The notes under the pieces were generated by a model. That model did not search any database and had not been told where the DNA came from. It saw only the letters and a list, made by a program, of their open reading frames with translations. A DNA stretch of 53,510 bases, filler included, from Sphacelaria rigidula (taxonomy: Eukaryota): assembly GCA_964200075.2 (NCBI GenBank). It is 3 parts of 3 records of this genome, joined end to end, with 100 filler letters (N's around TTAATTAATTAA, not from the genome) between each part and the next. Parts side by side here need not be neighbours in the genome. Positions count along the whole stretch, not along the records: positions 35,748 to 53,510 come from CAXNAA020000999.1; 2 more parts are not named here. One strand, written 5' to 3'. Positions 49,343 to 53,510 of this stretch are shown here, piece by piece. Positions within the stretch are counted from its first letter, which is position 1; each line of letters starts with the position of its first letter. The position numbers and the translations under genes were made by a program.

Positions 49343-50201
49343 ACCACCAGTCCATCCGCACCACGAGGGTCTTGGTGTCTTCAACGACTCAAGTCCAAAG
49401 GCCTCCGCTGCGGAATCCAACGTCACATCGATCGCACACATGATGTTAACGCACCGCTTCAAGCTTCCACAGACCTCCTGCTTTTCGATCCACGACATTT
49501 TTTTCTTCCGTTTCTCTTTTCTTTCCTTCCCCCTGTCGTTTAGATATTTTCCCTTTTTTCCACCACCCAGAACACACCAGTGCCACCCGCCGACTCGTTC
49601 CACAGCCTACAATCGGAGCTTCTTCGACGCACACTAATTGAACTCGCCTGAAGCACCTTCATCCTCGGCTACTGGAGCCTTTCGTATTATCGTCCTTGAT
49701 TTGTATGGCTGGCGCTGGACCCCTTGCAGTCTTTGAGTTGCTGATTCCTTTGCTTTCCTTAGCCACCATGCGCTCGCCGCATGTGATTGACCTTTCGGCG
49801 GTTGAGTTTGGTATCACCCATGTACACGTTGTGTTCCTGGCATGTCTTCCCGTTTGCCTCTTTACTTTGTCTAGCGCGTCGACGCATTTTTATGTGCTCC
49901 CGTCTAAGTTCGCTAGCCCGCAGCAGCATTATGTGCTCTTGCGTCTTCAAGAGCACTTGCGCTTTTCGGTAGCAGATTCTGCTGCCCTCGTTTGAGGTGT
50001 GGGAGGATCGGGCAACGGAGTGGATGTTGCCCTCCTGTTCTGGGGTGTATCTTCTTTTCAGCCACAACGGCCGAGTGCTTTGATAGCATTGAGTTCGCCT
50101 TCCTGGTCGCTCATGACTTGACGTGGAGAAAAACCTCGATTTTCGTTGCTTTTCGCGATTTCTCATCGCAACTGCAATAGAGGTTCGTCTGGATGGGCTA
50201 G

Positions 50202-50588
50202 TGTCATGAAACTAGGAGGCGTTTATGATCAAATCTGGGATTTTATAGTTGCGGGTCTGATCAAGCTTGACTAGGTCGGATGTGAGATTGATAAAATGGA
50301 ATAGACGTGGTTTTTTCAGTCGCTCGTGAGCCCTCCTGGCCCACTCGCTAAGTGGAGCCGACAGCTAAGCAATTGCCATAGCCAAAGAGCAACGTGAGAG
50401 AGCATTGAACGGAGCGATAACGAATACGAGTGAACAAGAGCCTTTTGTATCAAGTGGATATAGCTTACTGCGTGAAGCTATGAAGGTGTGAACTGATTTG
50501 GACACGGCCGTAACCTGAACCTGCGAGGATTGATCTTGCAAGGATCTGACCTGAACAGCATGCACACAAGGGAGCATGCTTCACAACA
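50202..50588 (+). repeat. Putative 3' LTR of the Gypsy element
   Basis: PPT-like GGATGGGCTAG then TGTCATGA...TCACAACA (TG..CA, imperfect inverted ends); no partner copy in the window. Confidence 0.4.
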
Positions 50589-50599
50589 CCATAACAGTA

Positions 50600-50895
50600 T
50601 AGTATTGGAGGCCGTACTCAACGTACTCTAAATTTGAGTAGAGTATTGAGAGTATTGAGGTCATTGTCAAGTGATACTCTGCAAGTATTACTGAGAGTGC
50701 ATACTAAAATTTGAGCAGAATATTTGAGGTCGTACTCGACCTAGTCAAAATTTGAGTAGAGTAGTTGAGATCATACTCGACCTACTAGAAATTTGAGTAA
50801 ATTATTCGAGGCCGTACTAGGCCTACTCGAAATTTGAGTAGAGTATTTGAGGCCGTACTCGACCTACTCAAAATTCGAGTAGAGTATCTGAGGCC
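50600..50895 (+). repeat. 41-bp palindromic tandem repeat, array 1
   Basis: Units like tactcgacctactcaaaatttgagtagagtatttgaggccg. Confidence 0.9.
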
Positions 50896-51610
50896 GGATC
50901 CGATGTACCGAAAACCAATAACTTCAACTTCAATATCCAAGTTCGTACGCTTGCGTGAGTTTTAATCTAGGTTTATTTTGTTTTTTCGGCTTTGTTTGAT
51001 TTCTTCATGCCTCATTACAGGTAGCTAGCCTTTGACCACGGAAGGCGTCCGTATCAGATGCGCAGTACGAATGTACCGCGCAGATATCGGAACGATTTTT
51101 AATGTAAAGACAACAACAACAACGCAAGATACTCAAACTCAGGTAGAGGGAATACCGAGATATTCCTAGAGTTGCCCACCCATGACGAGTGTTGTTTCAA
51201 GGTCAAACTTCAGCAAACATTCGGGTCAGAACCAAATGATACAAAACAAGGGTAGAATGAATGTTGGGGTATTGTCGAAGGGCGTTCGGATTGTCACACA
51301 CCCAGTTACGTGTCCGGATGCCCGGGTATGTGGACTGTGCACAAGACTTCGACTGCCAGTCCTTCGATACGATTTTAACGATTTGCAGTACCCCCACTGG
51401 TGAGATGGGGCGCTGGGGTAGGTAGGTTATTTCACCTGCACGCTTTCTGATTTTTCATGGCCATCATTTGCTCATACTCCTTCTTGGCTGTGATGTAACG
51501 CCGCCCATCTAATTGATGGCCATCACTCGCCCATATATTCAAATTAGTCTATGAGGTGACGTCACGAAGTCGCCGACTGGCAGGAATACTCACCATACCC
51601 AAGGGGAACC

Positions 51611-52335
51611 CTATACTCAAGTATTACTGAGAGGTTTGACCCAATATTTAAGTAGAGTATTTAAGGTCGTACTCGATCTACTCAAAATTTGAGTAGAGTA
51701 TTTGAGACGATACTCAACCTACTCAAAATTTGAGTAGAGTATTTGAGGCCGTACTCGACGTGATCAAAACTTGAGAAGAGTAATGAGGTCATACTCAAGC
51801 GATACTCTATACTCAAGTATTACTGAGAGTGCTGACCCAATATTTAAGTAGAGTATTTAAGGTCGTACTCGATTTACTCAAAATTTGAGTAGAGTATTTG
51901 CGACGATACTCAACCTACTCAAAATTTGAGTAGAGTATTTGAGGCCGTACTCGACGTGATCAAAACTTGAGAAGAGTAATGAGGTCATACTCAAGCGATA
52001 CTCTATACTCTAGTACTACTGAGAGTGCTTACTCAAAATTCGAGTAGAGTATTTGAGACAATAATCAACCTACTGTAGAGTATTGGAGGCCGTATTCGAC
52101 CAACTCAAAATTCGAGTAGAGTATTTGAGGCCGTACTTAAGTGATAATCTATACTCAAGTATTACTGAGAGTGCTTACTCAATATTTGAGTAGAGTATTT
52201 GAGGTCGTACTCGACCTACTCAAAAATTGAGTAGAGTATTCGAGGCCGTACTCGACCTCCTCAAACGTCGAGTAGCGTAAATACTTGAGTATTTTACTCG
52301 AGTACTCAAAAATACATACTCTACTCGACCTACCC
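51611..52335 (+). repeat. 41-bp palindromic tandem repeat, array 2, with 196-bp higher-order period
   Basis: ctatactc(a/t)agta(t/c)tactgagag recurs at 51611, 51807, 52003 and 52149; 51611-51806 and 51807-52002 are nearly identical. Confidence 0.93.
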
Positions 52336-52659
52336 TTGAAATACTGCTAGACAGCAAAGTAGTCCACCTGTAGGGGAATTGAGTGATCATTTTGGTAGCT
52401 GTGATTGGTCAGAATGGTCACTCCGCTCCGCTCGGGCCTTGCTCCTGGCTTATAACTTTCCATGGGAAACTTGGTGAGCTTTTCTGTTGTTCTGTGCACA
52501 GGCCCCAACCACCCTGTCAAAAAACACCCCCCTCGCCCTCTGGAAACCCCCGGATGTCCATGGACTGTCAGCCTGTGAAACTGTTCCGAGGCGACGCTCG
52601 CTGTCTACGGGTTAACTAGACCCACACTCTGGACAGTATTATAAGTAATACATGATGCC

Positions 52660-53290
52660 CGCTCGATATGTCGACGCGTCGGGTGGCCAATATATATCGA
52701 CCGAACAATATACCACCACACGCGCCACCTCAATATATAGTGACCAAGTGATACTTTGGTGCGGCAAGGCACTAATATATATTTGTCGAGTAATATATTG
52801 GCTGCCACACGAGGTCAATATATTTTGATGATTCAATATACTCAACACCCGAAGCATCAATATATATATTGCCGCCTCAATATGTCGTGTGTCAATGCGT
52901 CCAATATATATTACCATCCCAGTATGTCGTGTGTCAATGCGTCCAATATATATTGGGCGGACAATACATGAGGAAACGGACGGTCACAATACATACTGCT
53001 GTCGCAATATACATATATATATTTCAACATGTAGATTGGAAAGTGTATTGTAATTAGTATGGTGGACAGTTCCATGTTCGCGGGCGCCATTGAAAGATGT
53101 ATCACCAGATGCCGAAAACGCTCAATATGTTCCTAAGCGAGCGTGTTCAATATATATTGGCTGCACAATAGCTATGCAAAGAGTGTGCGCAGCATATATA
53201 TATATTGTTGAAACAATGCGTTTGCATGGTTGGCGTTCAATGTTTATTATGGGAACTATACGTTACGCAACGCGTCGACTCAATATACAT
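52660..53290. repeat. AT-rich degenerate repeat (CAATATATAT units), possibly a decayed MITE
   Basis: Many caatatata/atatatattg units, a local 43-bp duplication (52880-52955), and gtcgacgcgt / acgcgtcgac near the two ends. Confidence 0.5.
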
Positions 53291-53305
53291 TGACAATTCG
53301 AGCCG

Positions 53306-53510
53306 GTCGCCCCGGTGGCTCAGTTGGTAACCTTGTAACCTTCTGATGGTAGAGTAGGAGGGTTCGATTCCCAGAGCGATCTAGAATCTTTTCTCACACC
53401 ATGCTCAACAGTGGAGAGCGACTATGTCGTGGGTACACAAAAATTCTTCTTTTCTGATGACGCGGCAAACGCAGAGATCTACACTCTTTCCCATAACGAA
53501 TATCTGCAAG
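53306..53510 (+). mobile_element. tRNA-derived SINE (Pol III A and B boxes)
   Basis: A box TGGCTCAGTTGG (53316-27) and B box GGTTCGATTCC (53361-71), residual acceptor-stem pairing but no proper anticodon arm, followed by an unrelated body. Confidence 0.7.

Larger units (their letters stand above)
38190..50588 (+). mobile_element. Large degenerate Ty3/Gypsy (chromovirus-like) LTR retrotransposon
   Basis: Domain order gag(CCHC)-PR-RT-RH-IN-chromo on the + strand with many stops and frameshifts. No 5' LTR found; boundaries approximate. Confidence 0.92.

Noticed and set aside
50600-52335. CRISPR-like array of palindromic repeats
   Set aside because: The sequences between palindromes are themselves repeated (no unique spacers), there are no cas genes, and the context is eukaryotic.
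53306-53380. Functional tRNA gene
   Set aside because: A and B boxes are present but there is no proper anticodon stem-loop and the acceptor stem is mismatched; better explained as a SINE head.

Overview
Eukaryotic, repeat-rich DNA, most likely from a brown alga or other photosynthetic stramenopile. This is inferred from GT-AG spliced exons separated by long TE-filled introns, a bipartite plastid-targeting exon and an IFT139-like exon. Two N-padded TTAATTAATTAA linkers (17780-17879, 35648-35747) show the window is three concatenated contigs, so adjacency across them is not biological. Contig 1 is a graveyard of decayed elements: a Copia RT/RNaseH relic, a possible hAT relic, a MULE/SWIM transposase relic with an upstream AlkB-like 2OG-Fe(II) oxygenase relic, and a foldback. 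Contig 2 holds the 3' exons of an unannotated gene resembling a beta-class DNA amino-methyltransferase C-terminus followed by a possible SET-like region. It also holds several MITEs, an RT-less Copia element with two LTRs, an IFT139/TTC21-like exon and a divergent plastid-targeted gene. Contig 3 holds a ~12 kb degenerate Gypsy element whose integrase is followed by a chromodomain and a PWWP/Tudor-like domain, a palindromic 41-bp satellite with 196-bp higher-order repeats, and a tRNA-derived SINE. All protein-family calls are by-eye motif recognition; no searches were run.
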